A stretch of 64,000 nt of DNA from Stegostoma tigrinum (lineage: Eukaryota): NCBI RefSeq assembly GCF_030684315.1, contig NC_081357.1, positions 91,892,788-91,956,787 of the forward strand. Reading direction: 5' to 3'. This document shows positions 13,581 through 26,460 of this stretch, one piece after another (the first letter of the stretch is position 1; every line of letters begins with the position of its first letter). The translations under genes were made by a program, and so were the position numbers. The notes beneath the pieces are model-generated. The model did not search any database. It worked only from the letters and a program-made list of their open reading frames with translations, and was not told the origin of the DNA.

Positions 13581-14390
13581 CACAATTCAATAATTAGTGG
13601 CCAGGAGATTTATCCTGTTTTTTGCTAAAAGTGTACCATGGGATCTGTTATATCCACTTAAAGCTGAAAGACAGCATCTCTGTTAGTGCAGCACCCACTC
13701 TCTAATGTGCTGAGCAGTCACTCTGAATTTTGTGTTCAAGTTTCTGGCCCACAGCCTTCCGACTCTGAGGCCAGAGCACTACTGACTGCTGTCAGTCATG
13801 GAATAGCACCAAGGACAAGCCACACAACACATATTAGACTTCAATTAAAGAAAGGACAAAAAAAGCTATGAATTCAGGAGTGTGCTACTTTTGAATTCTC
13901 AACATTAAGTATTTCATAAGTTGTGTATTTGAGGAAAACAAAATTGAAAACACAACAGGATAGAATTCTGAGCACAAGCAGTTTTTAATTCCAATGTTCA
14001 TTCAGCTATAACTGCAACCTGCTCTGAGCATTAATTCTTCAGAGATCAGGAATTGTGAACTTAAATAAGGTCTGAAGGAAGAGCTTTACAGATTGCAATA
14101 AGTAGGTACATAGCAGGATGATATAGAATTCACAGGAACAGCCAAATTTTCTATGTCAATTATAATGCTCCACAAGCTTTCTCCCATCCCTCTTCACCCC
14201 ACCTTGTTCCATTCTTTCTCTATCATGTACTTATCGGACTTTCCCTGAAATATGCCTATGTGGTTCTCTTCAACCTCTCCATGCAGCAGAGAATCCCACT
14301 CTAGCTCTGTTGGATTTGTTGGTGATGGTCTTTATATGTAGTACCTCCCAATTCTGGTCACCTGCAAAAGTGGAAACATATTCCCTGTGA

Positions 14391-14530
14391 AAGTAGGAAT
14401 TGCAGATGCTGGAGAATTTGAGATAACAAGGTGTAGAGCTGGATGACATAGCAGGCCAAGCAGCATCAGAGATGGTGCTGCTTTGATGCTGCTTGGCCTG
14501 CTGTGTTCATCCAGCTCTGCACCTTGTTAT
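14391..14530. mobile_element. Penelope-like fold-back mini insertion lacking the hammerhead core
   Basis: 16-bp perfect TSD aacatattccctgtga at 14375-14390 and 14531-14546; ~50-bp inverted arms; inserted in a decayed CR1 3' end. Confidence 0.85.
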
Positions 14531-15419
14531 AACATATTCCCTGTGACTACTTTACCAAATTCTTTCAAAATTAGGAAACGGTCATGTTCACCCTTCATTT
14601 CTCAGGGCAAAAGACCTCCCTGACTGTCTATCTTTTTCTGAGAGATAATCTATTTAGGTTAAACACATCCACTGCCAGTGCATTGGGCATTGTTCACCAA
14701 CAGTGAAGAGATTTCATACATTAGGATCATTGAGCAACATCAGGGAAGAGCAAGTGGCTGCAAACACTTTCAATGAATTGGCAGAATGAACGCTGTCATC
14801 TTGTAGACATGCAAATTAACATCTGCGATTTTAACTCCCATTGCCTGGATACTATCCTATTTTTGAAATCTGGCAGACTGTTGTTATTGCTTTAACTGTT
14901 CAGCAATCTGTTTGGCAGTGAGGCGATGATTTAATCTAATAAACACATAAGGAAAACTTGTGTCTTCACGTTGACTGCTGTCTCATCATATACAAACAGA
15001 AAGGAGCCTCTGGCAATCAGAAATAAATCTGTTTATTGTTAGCTATATTGATGCTGCATTGTTTTATTAGTTCAAAGAATTGAATCACATGATTTTCAAC
15101 ATCATCCATTCACCCAGGGCTTTGTACATAATGTTGAATACTTTAATATTTGTATAATATAATTGGAATTAATAATGTAGTCTAATACTCAGGAATTTAT
15201 TTCCAATAAGGTGCTCAAAGGTGCAACAGAGGTGCGTGAGAAATATTGTGAACTGGGGAGGATTTCAAGGCCCTGACAGTCCCAGCCAGTGAGAGCTACC
15301 GTCCTCTTAAAGGATTTTGTACTGAGCAGAACTGTGGGTGCTGGCAGATGAGCATCCCAGAGTTCCAGCATCATAGAGCAACCAAAGACAAAGATAGATG
15401 ATGAGGGAGGTGGGTGTTT

Positions 15420-15437
15420 GGGGGGGGGGGGGGGGGG
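15420..15437 (+). repeat. G18 homopolymer
   Basis: Direct reading. Confidence 0.95.
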
Positions 15438-16209
15438 TTTGGTGGAAGAGAATTGACTTTGAATGGGGACAAGGGCAAACAGGGCAAGGGATGTTGGAAG
15501 CAAGAACAGAGTCCTGCCAGACATTCAGTCCTTCAACCACTGATCAATTACTGAATGACTTTGATCAAGAATGACCCTGTACTCCCTTCCCCCAAAATGA
15601 CTGGGGGTAGGTGGGGGCAGTGGGGGGGAGGGGTGTGGGGGTGGGTGGCATTGTTGGAAGTAGAGGCTGGTAAAAGGCTCACTTACAACTGGGCTAATGT
15701 CAGAAGCAGTAGGCTGAGCCCACAAATATTCACTAATTGGCTACTTAAAGCCTCCAATTGCAATGGGGTTGGTCAAGTCAAGCCAGAATCCTGGCACTCA
15801 GACCTGATCTCAGTGGAGGCTGAAAGGCCATGAGGTTTTTGTAAGCCATCAACCCATGCTTCCTGCCTCTCAGGCACACCTCTCCCCACGTCCTCCATTC
15901 CACCAGTGAATTAAACCGAACCAGGAATTTCCTAATCTGCGAGGAATTGATTGGTTGAATTGATGTCTTTGATTTCTATAGGTTTAAATACATTAAATCA
16001 TCAACTTACATTTATATAAAACCTTTAACAAACCGAAATGACTCAAGGTGCTACAGAAAAGCACTATAAAACAAAATACCCATCTACACAGGAAGATAGC
16101 AGACCAAATGCTTAGTTAAAGCAGAAAGTTTTAAGGAGAATCTTAAACCAAAAAAGTGAAATAGGGAGTTGGATGGGATTCCAGAGCTTGGCCATTTGTC
16201 TACTTTGTA

Positions 16210-18595
16210 TATAATTCCTGGTTCCAAAGGAAGCATCAACATGACGATGGGCAACAAGAGTGGGATCCTACCCACAAACTGTGCATAAATGCCATTTGCT
16301 TTTAGCAAGAGTAAACATCACCTGGGCATCAGAAATGGCATGGGATTAAGGAAATAACATCAAGGAAAGCAGTCATGAGGGGAGTCGGCCCATAGTCAAC
16401 ACAAGGAAAGGAGGTATTACCACAGAGTGGGTCAAGACCAGTGTTGTGAGGGGAGTTCGGCCAACAGCTGATAAAGAAAGTACACACCCAGGAGCTATTG
16501 AAGTCCTTGCAGAGAGAGGTCACATGAAGACTCAGGCTGCAGGTGACGCCAGGAAGGAAATGTACACTAGCATAGCCAGTGAGGCAACAGTCGATGCACA
16601 GAGCTTCTGGACTCAAATGGCAGGAAAAATTCCCACATGGTGAGAAAATAAAATGGCGGTCCAATTAGAAGTGATGGGACCATTTATATACAGAATGTTT
16701 TAATTCATTCTTAAGGTGTTTGATAAGGTTCCCCACGGGAGGCTGATGGAGAAAGTGAAGTCACATGGGGTCCAGGGCGTGCTAGCTAGATGGATAAAAA
16801 CTGGCTAGGCAACAGGAGACAGAGAGTAGTGGTGGAACAAGGTTTCTCAAATTGGAGACCTGTGACCAGTGGTGTTCCACAGGGATCTGTGCTCAGACCA
16901 CTTTTACTTGTGATATATGTAAATGATTTGGAGGAAGGTATAGGTGGTCTGATTAGCAAGTTAGCAGATGACATGAAGATTGGTGGAGTAACAGATAGTG
17001 AAGGGGATTACAGCAGAAAATAGATAGATTGAAGAGTTGGGCAGATAAATGGCAGATGGAGTTCAATCCAGGCAAATGCGAGGTGATACATTTTGGAAGA
17101 GCTAATTCAAGAGCGAACTATACAGTAAATAGAAAAGATCTGGGGAAAATTGATGTACAGAGAGATCTGGGTGTTCAGGTCCATTGTTCCCTGAAGGTGG
17201 CAATGCAGGTCAATAGAGTGGTCAAGAAGGCGTACGGCATGCTTTCCTTCAAGGAAGGGGTATTGAGTTGGCAGGTCATGTTACAGTTGTATAAGGCTTT
17301 GGTTCGGCCACATTTGGAATACTGCGTACCGTTCCGGTTTCCACATTACCAAAAGGATTTGGATGCTTTGGAGAGGGTGCAGAGGAGGTTCACCAGGATG
17401 TTGCCTGGTATGGAGGGCGCTAGCTAAGAAGAAAGGTTGAGTGGATTAAGATTATTTTCATTAGAAAGACAGGGATTGAGGGGAGACCTGATTAAGGTCT
17501 ATAAAATCATGAGGGGTATAGACAAGGTGGATAGCAAGAAGCTTTCTCCCAGAGTGGGGGATTCAATTACCGGGGTCATGAGTTCAAAGTGAGAAAAGGA
17601 AAGTTTAGGGGAGATATGCATGGAAAGTTCTTTATGCAGAGGGTGGTGGGTGCCTGGAATGCGTTGTTAGCGGAAGTGGTAGACGCGGACATGATAGTGT
17701 CTTTTAACGTGTATTTGGACAGGTACATGGATGGGCAGGGAGCAACGGGATACAGACCCTTAGAAAATAGATGACAGGTTTAGTTAGAGGATCTCAACTG
17801 GTGCAGGCTTGGAGGGCCAAAGGGCCTGTTCCTGTGCGTTATTTTCTTTGTTCTTTGTTCTTTGTTAAAAGACACACAAAGCCTATGAGGACATTATGGT
17901 ACCAATTTTCTTAAGTACCATTGGAAAGATTTTTGTGATTCTAAGGAGTCTGGTGCAATTAGAGAAACCCACCAGAAGACATTACAAAAGCAATGTGAAG
18001 TGTTAGGAAATTATTTTCACACCCAAGCCACTGATGATCACGGTACAGCACAAAGGAAAAGAGTCCATCACCCAATTTATGGCTGCCTTTAAGAGGTTAG
18101 CAGAACTTAGTGAATGCAGAGGGTTCCTCCAAAATGCCTCGTGGAACTGTTTAGTTTGTGGCCTCAATACTAGGTCATCCAACAGAAACTACTAACAAGG
18201 AGAGACCTATATTTTATGGCAGTTTTCAACATTGCTACCTCAGTGGTGCTGTCTCCCAGCGAAGCAACACAGTAGGCTTGACAACACCCTGGTGCGTCAA
18301 GTAGTGGAAACATGACAGAGTGTGGCACCAACTGTGGAATGCAGCTAAGGGAGCAAGACAGGCCACAAAGAGTCAATGTGTTGGACTCAAGAAGACCAGT
18401 CCCATAGGTGTAAGCGAGTGGGTCATCTGGCCTGACATTGCCAGATACAACGTAAACCAGAGAAGGAGAGTCAGAATGAAACAACACTGACGGACAAGAT
18501 ATAAAATACATGCTACCAGCCAGGGAGGTCCACCTGGCTGACTTTGTTGTAATCGCTGCATGTATAATTCCTGGTTCCAAAGGAAGCACCAACAT
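16210..18595 (+). mobile_element. Heavily deleted Gypsy LTR retrotransposon relic interrupted by CR1
   Basis: 33-bp direct repeat at 16210-16242 and 18563-18595; PBS-like tgggcaacaag after the first copy; gag-like KESITQFMAAFKRLAE..LVCGLN..IQQKLLT at 17900-18250. Confidence 0.55.
16714..17868 (+). mobile_element. CR1/HER1 LINE, 5'-truncated and relatively well preserved
   Basis: FDKVPHGRL, WRPVTSGVPQGSVL, WQMEFNPGKCEV, LVRPHLEYCV, ALERVQRRFTRMLPG; (ttctttg)n tail. Confidence 0.96.
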
Positions 18596-19174
18596 AATAG
18601 ATTGGCTATCTATGGAAGACCAAAAGTTTGAATACGGGTCTTTCTTAGGCTGGCAACCTGTGACTACTGTGTGCCACAGGGATCAGTGCTGGGACTAAAA
18701 TTATTTACAATATATGTTAATGACCTGGACGAGGAAAATGAATATAGTATTAGCCAAGTGTACGGCTGACACAAAAGATAAGTCATAAGGCAAGTGGTGA
18801 GGATGACACACAGAGGAATATACACAAGTTAGCAAATGGGTAATAAATTTAACACGTGGAATACAATGTTGGGAAATGTTTAGTTATGCACTTTAGAAGA
18901 AGAGTAGAGGAGGTGACTATCTGAATGGAGAGAGACTGCAGAAAGCTACAAAATGAAAGGAGTTGGGAGTCCTCATCTATGCATCATAAAAAGATAGTAT
19001 CCAAGTTTATCAGGTAATAAGGAAAGCAAATGGAATGTTATCCTTTATTTCGAAGGGAATAGTGTATAAAAATAGGAAGGATTTGCAAAAATAATACAAG
19101 GCATTCATCAGATAATAAAATGTGAGGCTGGATGAACACAGCAGGCCAAGCAGCATCTCAGGAGCACAAAAGCT

Positions 19175-19202
19175 GACGTTTCGGGCCTAGACCCTTCATC
19201 AG
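19175..19202 (-). ncRNA. Minimal type I hammerhead ribozyme motif (antisense arm)
   Basis: Exact reverse complement of 19213-19240. Confidence 0.65.
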
Positions 19203-19212
19203 AGAGTGCTCT

Positions 19213-19240
19213 CTGATGAAGGGTCTAGGCCCGAAACGTC
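19213..19240 (+). ncRNA. Minimal type I hammerhead ribozyme motif
   Basis: CTGATGA-A-GGGTC/TA/GGCCC-GAAA-CG-TC: conserved core, helix II, palindromic ACGT in place of helix III as described for Penelope-like element hammerheads; helix I only ~2 bp. Confidence 0.7.
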
Positions 19241-20640
19241 AGCTTTTGTGCTCCTGAGATGCTGCTTGGCCTGCTGTGTTCATCCAGCCTCACATTTTAT
19301 TATCTTGGAATCTCCAGCATCTGCAGTTCCCATTATCTCACAAGGCATTCATCAGCCAGCTGGCATGCTGTGAAAATTTTGGGTCTTTTATCTAATAAAG
19401 CTATAATGTCTTTGGAGGCAGTCCAGAAAAAGCTCACTAGGCTGATCCTGGATATGAAAGGACTGTCTTATGAGGAACGGTTGAGCCTGCACTCATTGGA
19501 ACTTAGAAGGTGTGAGATGACCTTATTGAAGCGCACACGATTCTTAGGGAACTTGACAGGATAAATGCAAAAAGATTGATTCCCCTTGTGGGAGAGTCTA
19601 TGACCAAAGGGCAAAATCTCAGAATAAGGGATCGCAAATTTAAGATAAAGATGAAGGATTTTTTTTCTCTCAGAGGGTGAGATAAATAGGTTTTAATTCA
19701 GTAAAAGAATCAAGGGTTATGGGGAAAAGGCATGAAAGAGGAGTTGAGGATTATCAGATCATCCATGTAATGATGGAGCACACCTGATGAGCTGATTTGC
19801 CTATTTCTGGCCCTATGTTTTATGAGTTTTTTTGACAATCTCCATCACAGTAAAGTGGCTTGAAGGAATTCAGTGAGACATCTCCACAACAAGATGGCAG
19901 CCTGCTGTGGGAATCCACCATTCTCCAGGAGAAAAACCAGTTCCTAGAATCAAATGTCAGTCTGACCTCAGCAACAAAGGATTGTGACCCAATCAGTCCT
20001 TTTTGTGCCGGAACATTGAACAGGCTGCACAGCAGTCATCTTGTGATTGCCTGCATTGTCAAGGATTGGTAGTTGGAATGGGTTCCTATGCCTATAACCA
20101 TGTCTTCAATTATAGTTTTCCCAATTCTGGCATCCCTCATCTCCTTCGATTCACCACCGGTGGTGGTGGTTCCATATAACTGCAAGTGGTTTGTTCCTTT
20201 CCTCATTTGCCTATAGCATCACTTGATGGGTTTAGATGTCAACAAAATGTGATTAATATCTTGAGTCTCTCTTCACCAATACACACAAGCCAGCATGTTT
20301 GCAATGTTCACTGCTGAAAACTTGGTAATTTCAATGAGTTTTGGCTCACAAAGAATTAATTAAACAAACAACCCTGACACTAGCTAACAGATAAAGAACA
20401 GCACTCCATAACTTGAGGCCTATCTGTGACACTTGGGAATGTTTCAAACCGACTGAAGTAATTTTGAAGATAAATAATTAAAATGTTACTAGAAAAAATT
20501 AAAGCTGAAAGGGAAAATGAGGATTAAATTTATTTCTATTTGCTCATGGGATGTGGCTGTCACAGGCAAGACTGATTTTTGTTGCTCATCCCTAATTGCC
20601 CTTCAGCAAGTAATAATGAATCATTGTCGTCCCACAGCCA

Positions 20641-21885
20641 TAAAAGAACAAAGAAAATTACAGCACAGGAACAGGACCTTTGACCCTCCACACATACACC
20701 AACATGCTGTCGATCACAACTAAAGCCCCATACCCACCCTTTATTCACATCTCATCCATGTATTTGTCAAGACGTCCGGTGAATGTCACTATCGTATCAG
20801 CTTCCTCTACCTCCTCTGGCAGCGAGTTCCAGACACCCACCATCCTCTGTGTAAAAACACTTGCCCTCACACCTTAAACCAATGCCCCCTAGTAAGTGAC
20901 TCTTCCAATCTGGGAAAAATCTTCTGACTACTCTTCCTATACCCGTCATAATCTTGTAGACCTCTATCAGGTCGACCCTCACCCTCCATTGTTCCACTGA
21001 GAACAATCCAAGTTTCTCCAACCCCTCTTCATAGCTAATGCCCTCCATACCAGGCAACATTCTGATAAATCTTTTCTGTATTCTCTCCAAAGCCACCACA
21101 TCCTTCTAATAGTGTAGTGACCAGAATTGAACACAATATTCCAAATGCGGCCTAACCGAGGTTCTATAAAGATGTAACATTACCTGCCAATATTTAAACT
21201 CTATGCCCCAGCTGATGAAGGCAAGCATGCCATATGCCTTGTTGATGACCTTCTCCATCTACGCTACCACTTTCAGTGACCTGTGTACCTGTACGCCCAG
21301 ATCCCTCTGCCTATCAGTACTCATAAGTGTTCTAGCATTTACTGTGTGTTTTCCATCTTGATTAGACCTTCTGAAATGCATTACCTCACATTTTTCCAGA
21401 TTAAATTCCATCTGCCACCTCTCTGCCCAAGACACCAACCGATCTATATCCTGCTGTATCCTTTGATGGTACGCATTGCTATTTGCAATTCCACCAACCT
21501 TTGTGTTATCGGCAAACTTACGAATCAAACCAGTTACCTTTTCCTCCAAATTATTTATATATATTACAAATAGCAAAGGTCCCAATACTGATCCTTGAGG
21601 AATGCCTCTAGTCATAGCCCCCTATTCAGAAATGCACCCTTCCACTGGTACCCTTGGTCTTCTATGACTGAACCAGTTTTTTATCCATCTTGCAAGCTCA
21701 TCTCTGACCCCATGCAACTTTACCTTCTGTATAAGCCTGCCATGAGGGACCTTGTTAAAGGCCTTACTGAAGTCCATGTAGACAACATCCACTGCCCTAC
21801 CGTCATCGATCATCTTCATCACTTCCTCAAAAAACTCAACCAAGTTAGTCAGACACAACCTCCCCTTCACAAAACCATGTTGCCA
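20641..21885 (-). mobile_element. CR1/HER1 LINE RT-3' fragment
   Basis: QHGFVKGRLCLTNLVEFFEEV, YMDFSKAFNKVPH, GIPQGSVLGPLLFVIYIN, FADNTK, ALERIQKRFIRMLPG. Confidence 0.95.
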
Positions 21886-21899
21886 TGTTCCTTTTTGTT

Positions 21900-24750
21900 T
21901 CACTTCCTCCTGCATGGTCTTTCAAGGCCCATTTGCAGTATCAGGTTCCAAAAACAGGGATGCCCAGTGGCTGAACTTTTTTTCAAAAATTCATCAAGGT
22001 ATTGCCCTAATCTACTGCATCTGTAACATCACCAAAAAAATTTGAGCAAAATAGTTAAATACAATTTGTGTCTTTGGAAATCCATGTTGACATGCCTCAA
22101 TTCATCCACACTTGTCCAAGTATCTGTTAAGGGTGTCCCAGATTATTATTCTCCCCAACCCAGTGAGGCGGAGCTCAGTCAGATGGAATTGTTTGATTTA
22201 ATTTCTTTTCTCATTTCATGAAAGATTTCCTTCTCTGATCAAAGATATCACATTCGCAATTTTTCTGTTCTCTGACACCATTCCTGAATCTGGAGGTTTG
22301 GAAGATTATGACCAGTGTATCTGCAGTGTATCCCACTCTTACTTCCCTCGGTATCTTCAAAAAGATCCCATCCAGTTCTCATGGCATATCAACTTTCAGT
22401 ACTGTTAACCTTTCCAATACTGCCTCCTCGTCCCTTTTATGCTCATCCAGCACCTCAAGTACCTTCTCTTGCACAACCATTTTGGTAACATCTACATAAA
22501 AATAGATACAAGGTAGTAACTTAGCCTCCTCTGTAAGTCTTATTTTTGGTCCCCATTCTGCTCCATCCCTCCTCTTACTGCTCTTTTATCATATATATGC
22601 CTATGGAAGACATTTGGACTTACCTTCACATTTTCATACTCTCTCCTTGTTGCTCTTCTTTCCTTTCTCACTTCAGGCCTTTTAGTCAGCAATTTCTATT
22701 AGCAACCTGATATCTTTCATGCACACCCTTTTTTCTGATTCTTCTTACTATCTCTTCAGCCTCTAGAGAATTCTTGTTTTGTTTGCCCAACTTTTAACTC
22801 ATTGTAGAAATATAACTCAACTGACTCAAAATATCTCCTCTTTAAAGAGTTAAAATTTTGATTGCCTCTCATAGAATCCCTACAGTGTGGAAACAGACCC
22901 TTTGGCCCAACAAGTCCACACTGGCCCTCAGAGCATCCCAGCCAGACCCATCACCCTATAACCCATCTAATCTATACATCCCTGAACACTATAAGTAATT
23001 TAGCATGGCTAATCCACATAGACTGCTCATCTTTTGACTGTGGGAGGAAACTGAAACTCCCATAGGGAACCCATGCAGACACAGGGAGAGTGTGCAAACT
23101 CCACACAGACAGTCGCCCAAGGTTGGAATCAAACCCAGATCCCTGGTGCTGTGATGTAGGGGTACTAACCACGGAGCCACCATGCCGTTTTGATTTCAAT
23201 TTACCATTCTCACCCACAAAAAAAGCTAACTTTCTTTTAAATTCTAGATTTCTCTTTGTCCTTTTTCATAGCTAAGCTCATCCTTATGAGGTAGATAATT
23301 CTCCTTCACGTACTATGAAAATTCTTGCCTCTCACAGTCTTTCAGGCAGTTATTATTACAGTCTGCATTACGGTAATCAAAGTACCCTGATCCAAAATGT
23401 CTGCAGTGTTTGCACCTCATTGTAAATTTCTTGCAGGTTTGGTCTTCCACATCATTCCAGATGGAGGTCTATGGAATTCACCTGGAGTACTATTTTTAAT
23501 CAATACTGTCATCTCCCCTGTTTCCTTTCCTACCTTTTCTGGATGCTTTCTGGTGCTCAGCCTTATAATTTTTCAAGTTTCTGTTATTACCACAAAATCA
23601 CATCCCAACATGGCTTCCCATCATTGCAGCTCACTCATCACTGTGCATTCACACACATGCACTTGATACCTAATTTAGACCTATCACATTCCCACTTCCT
23701 CAGATCCCACTTAACACCTCATTAGTTCTAGTGCTGAATGTCCTTCCCAAGTCTTTAGGTGGCTTGTTTTTCCTTTTTATTAGCTGCTGAGTCTGATACT
23801 CCTCACATGTTAGTTTAAACCCTCCTAACAGCACTTGCAAATTGCCTCATAAGGATGTCAGTCTCTGCTCAATTTAGGTGCAATGCTTCCACTCTGTTCA
23901 AGTCACCTATCACCCAGAACCAATACATATCTCCCAAGAACCCAGAAGCTTCCCACCATCATAATCCATCCAACCACATATCTATTTGTTCCATCTTGTC
24001 AATCTTTATGTTCACCAGCACAAAGCATCAGGAGTAATCCAGAAATTGTTCCTGTGAGCTCCTGCATCTTAATGTCCCTCTCCCCAGCTGCATAATGTCT
24101 GTCTGCAAGACTATGTTGTCCTTTCCAGCTATACCATTGGCACTGTTAAAGGTGACAGCCACTGACTAGTTGCTGTATCCCCTTCAGAATGCACTGCTGT
24201 TGTTTAGTCACATTCTGAGCCCTGGACTTAGTAAAGGCAGCATACCATCCTGGATTTACATCTGTAGCCACAGAATGACTGTTTGTCCCTTAACTACAGA
24301 ATCCTTGATCACTGTTAATTTCCTCATCTTGCTCCATTCACTGCCTTACCCTGACTAACAATCAGCCAAGTACAGCCTGCAAACCGTTAAGCGGCAGGAT
24401 GGCTACATAAGAAACATGCAGTCCATGAAACTCACAGCCCAGAGGTGCACCACAGTGACACTAGTTGCTACTTAATCATTAAAACCTGAAACTCAAGCTC
24501 CTTCAGCTGATGACAATTGCTGCACATGTGGCTGTCCAGGACAGGAAAAGAAATCCTGGTGTGTTCCCGCACAGAGCAGGGTACGCACTTCATATGGCAT
24601 TATATGTTAAACTACTACGTAACTACTCAGAAATGAACTTAAGACTTAAATAACTGATGATTCACCAGCTACTTGCCATTCAGTTGCTTCCATCACCCTC
24701 TATCTTACAGGGATGTTAATGTTTAACATAACTCTTATAACAGATATCCC
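21900..24750 (-). mobile_element. Old, long CR1 relic including ORF2 fragments and the ORF1 region
   Basis: Decayed RT linker at 22050-22850; ORF1 3' signature ttagtttaaaccctcc..tttaggtgcaa at 23810-23885; zinc-finger-like HMCSNCHQLKELE at ~24490-24530. Confidence 0.6.
22870..23187 (-). mobile_element. HE1-type SINE
   Basis: catagaatccctacagtgtggaaacag tail; tgcaaactccacacagacagtcgcccaagg; tRNA-like head. Confidence 0.92.
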
Positions 24751-25547
24751 TCGAATTTTAATTGAATGAAAAACTCAGAGGCCTGATATGTTGCTATCTC
24801 CTTTACAATTGAGATAGCTTTGTCCTTAGATTTGATTAATTAATTGAACACTGATTATAACTAATAAATTATTGAGTTGACTTTAGTTTTACAGTAATTA
24901 ATTGATCGAATATTACTTTATAATTCAAAAATTACAATAAAAAATAATTGTCTGCCAGTGCACTCAGTCTTTATCCTGTTTTGTCACTTCGTAATATATT
25001 CCCATCTCTTCTAACTGCCTTTACTCCCATCTTGTGTTGTCTAGATTTCAATGAAAAATACAATCTGCAACTTATTTTCATCACTTCCATTTTTCATTTC
25101 CTAATTGGTCCCTGGAGGCAATCCTCTCTTCCCAGAAAGTCAATTTTAAAAGTTTGGCAACTGCATCAAGCTCAGCCATGGACAACAGCAATAGATATTG
25201 ACAGGAAATTGACTGGGAGTTGGGAGGGTGGTGAGGGGCATGAGGAGGGAAGCTCCAGCGAGGAATAAATCCTTCAGAGGCAAGTGGGAAGGAAAGCTGC
25301 AAAACTGGAGGGAAAAGTGAAATCAGGAAAATGCAGAGATCCCAGGGAGCAACACCTTCTTCCGGTCCTCCTTCAACCAGTCAGTCCCACCTGCACAAGT
25401 GCATGAAAACGTTTGCAAATTTTCTCTTTCTTTGCAAATTCCATACTTTTAAGGAAAAACGCCTTCAACACACTAAAGGGACAAACCCTTAACCAGTGAA
25501 TGAAAGGCTGAGAATCAACATTCACAACCTTGTGTCCTCCTCAAGTC

Positions 25548-25870
25548 GTAGAATCCCCACAGTGTGGAAACAGGCCATTCAACCCATTGAGACCACACCA
25601 ACTCTCTGAAGAGCATCCGATTCAGACCGACTCCCTACCCCATCCCTGTAGCCCTAACCTGCCCATCACTGGACAATTTTGCATGGCCAATCCAACTAGC
25701 CCGCACATCATTGGGCTGTGGGAGGAAGCCAGAGCACCTAGAGGAAACCCACGCAGACTCAGGGACAATGTGCTAATTCCACACAGACAGTCACCTGAGG
25801 CTAGATTCAAACTCAGGTCCCTGGTGTCATGAGGCAATATTGCAAATCACTGAGCCACTGTGCCGCCCAA
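25548..25870 (-). mobile_element. HE1-type SINE
   Basis: Same head, body and tail as 22870-23187. Confidence 0.9.
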
Positions 25871-25944
25871 ATGGTTAGAAGGCATCAGAGGGGAACTGAA
25901 GAAAAACATCACATTAACATCACATTAACACCAGAAATATGCCC

Positions 25945-26460
25945 TCTAAAGAAAGATATACTGGCATTGGAAGCAGTCCAGAGAAGGCTCACTATGTTGA
26001 TACTGGGATTGATGAAGGGATTGTCATGACAGGAGTTTACACCTGATCTTACTGGAATTTAGAAGGATGAAAGGCAACCTTATTGAAGCATTTAAGATTC
26101 TTAAAGGCTTGACAGACTAAATACTGAGAGGTTCCCCTCATGGGAGAATCTAGGAACAGAGGGTATGATCTCCAAGTGGCCACACTGCTAGAACAGAGAT
26201 GAGGTGGAATTTCTTCTCTCTGAGAGTATGAATTTGTGGCATTCTTTACTGTAGAGGACTATTGTGGCTGCGTTATTAAATATATTCAAGACTAAGAAAG
26301 ACTGATTTTTAACTATTAAGGAAATCAAGGATTATGGGTTAAGGGCAGGGAAGTGTAGCTGAAGAGTGTGAGATCAACTATGATCTCATTAAATGGCAGA
26401 CCAGACTCAATGGGCAACTTCTAGTAACCTACTTCTGCTCCCATATCTTATGGTCTTATG
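25945..26460 (+). mobile_element. CR1 3' fragment
   Basis: LKKDILALEAVQRRLT; 3' UTR with (tcttatgg)n tail. Confidence 0.88.

Larger units (their letters stand above)
13020..13800 (-). mobile_element. SacSINE1/Deu-like SINE interrupted by an HE1 SINE
   Basis: 3' part acactttacagtcaatgaagta at ~13024; 5' part ccatgggatc...agtgcagcac...ccttccgactctgaggccagag at 13635-13790. Confidence 0.55.
19112..19339. mobile_element. Penelope-like fold-back mini element with two hammerhead motifs (family A)
   Basis: Perfect 96-bp inverted arms 19111-19206 and 19209-19304, 35-nt tail 19305-19339, 16-bp TSD acaaggcattcatcag at 19096-19111 and 19340-19355. Confidence 0.93.
18600..19830 (+). mobile_element. CR1 LINE RT/3' fragment hosting a hairpin insertion
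   Basis: gtgccacagggatcagtgctggga (VPQGSVLG), LEAVQKKLTRLI, 3' UTR. Confidence 0.9.

Noticed and set aside
19111-19304. Hairpins as DNA-transposon MITEs or miRNA genes
   Set aside because: Arms match the terminus of the GIY-YIG element, ends are asymmetric and TSD lengths vary (10-17 bp), which fits retrotransposition rather than cut-and-paste
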